A DNA stretch of 64,000 nucleotides from Macrostomum lignano (lineage: Eukaryota), in the NCBI GenBank assembly GCA_002269645.1, contig NIVC01003518.1:29711-93710 (forward strand). Direction: 5' to 3'. How positions within the stretch are numbered: the stretch's first letter is position 1; each line of letters opens with the position of its first letter. The position numbers and the translations under genes were made by a program. The notes under the pieces were generated by a model. That model saw nothing but the letters and a program-made list of their open reading frames with translations, was not told the origin of the DNA and ran no database searches. Below, piece after piece: positions 63,908 to 64,000 of the stretch.

Positions 63908-64000
63908 GAATAACAGCCGAGATTCGCCATTTGTTCTATATTCTGCAACAACAAATGATAATGGAAACCTTTGACTCACATGAAAGTTTTGTTTAATGTT

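Larger units (their letters stand above)
57866..64000 (+). mobile_element. Maverick/Polinton (adintovirus-like) endogenous virus, left part; continues beyond the window
   Basis: AGTAGT terminus, structured terminal region, then a co-oriented compact cluster of PC4-like protein, integrase, penton, basic protein, major capsid, cysteine protease and packaging ATPase. Confidence 0.9.

Overview
Eukaryotic (invertebrate animal) genomic DNA that is intron- and repeat-rich, with two host genes and a dense set of mobile elements. From left to right: (1) the 5' two-thirds of a minus-strand Ty3/Gypsy LTR retrotransposon, with PBS, gag, a -1 slippery site, and a pol ORF running off the left edge. (2) A full-length LOA-type LINE with a 13-bp TSD, inserted just upstream of a small death-domain-like ORF. 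(3) Two related 20-bp satellite arrays and palindromic elements. (4) A 25-exon gene (18938-30443) that the ORF track misses. It encodes about 996 aa made of 12 tandem, highly divergent 8-Cys three-finger/LU-like modules, each encoded by an identical two-exon phase 1-0-1 cassette, and ends in a GPI-type tail. (5) A KIAA2012-like gene (31899-57649). Its ~15-kb intron holds a Tc1/IS630 derivative and an 11.4-kb CMC/EnSpm transposon inserted at a TA inside a (GATA)n microsatellite, which itself carries a nested P/THAP element. (6) The left end of a Maverick/Polinton (adintovirus-like) endogenous virus with a tandem-PC4 protein, integrase, penton, basic protein, major capsid, protease and packaging ATPase. 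Exon structures and family assignments come from manual reading and recalled motifs, not from database searches.
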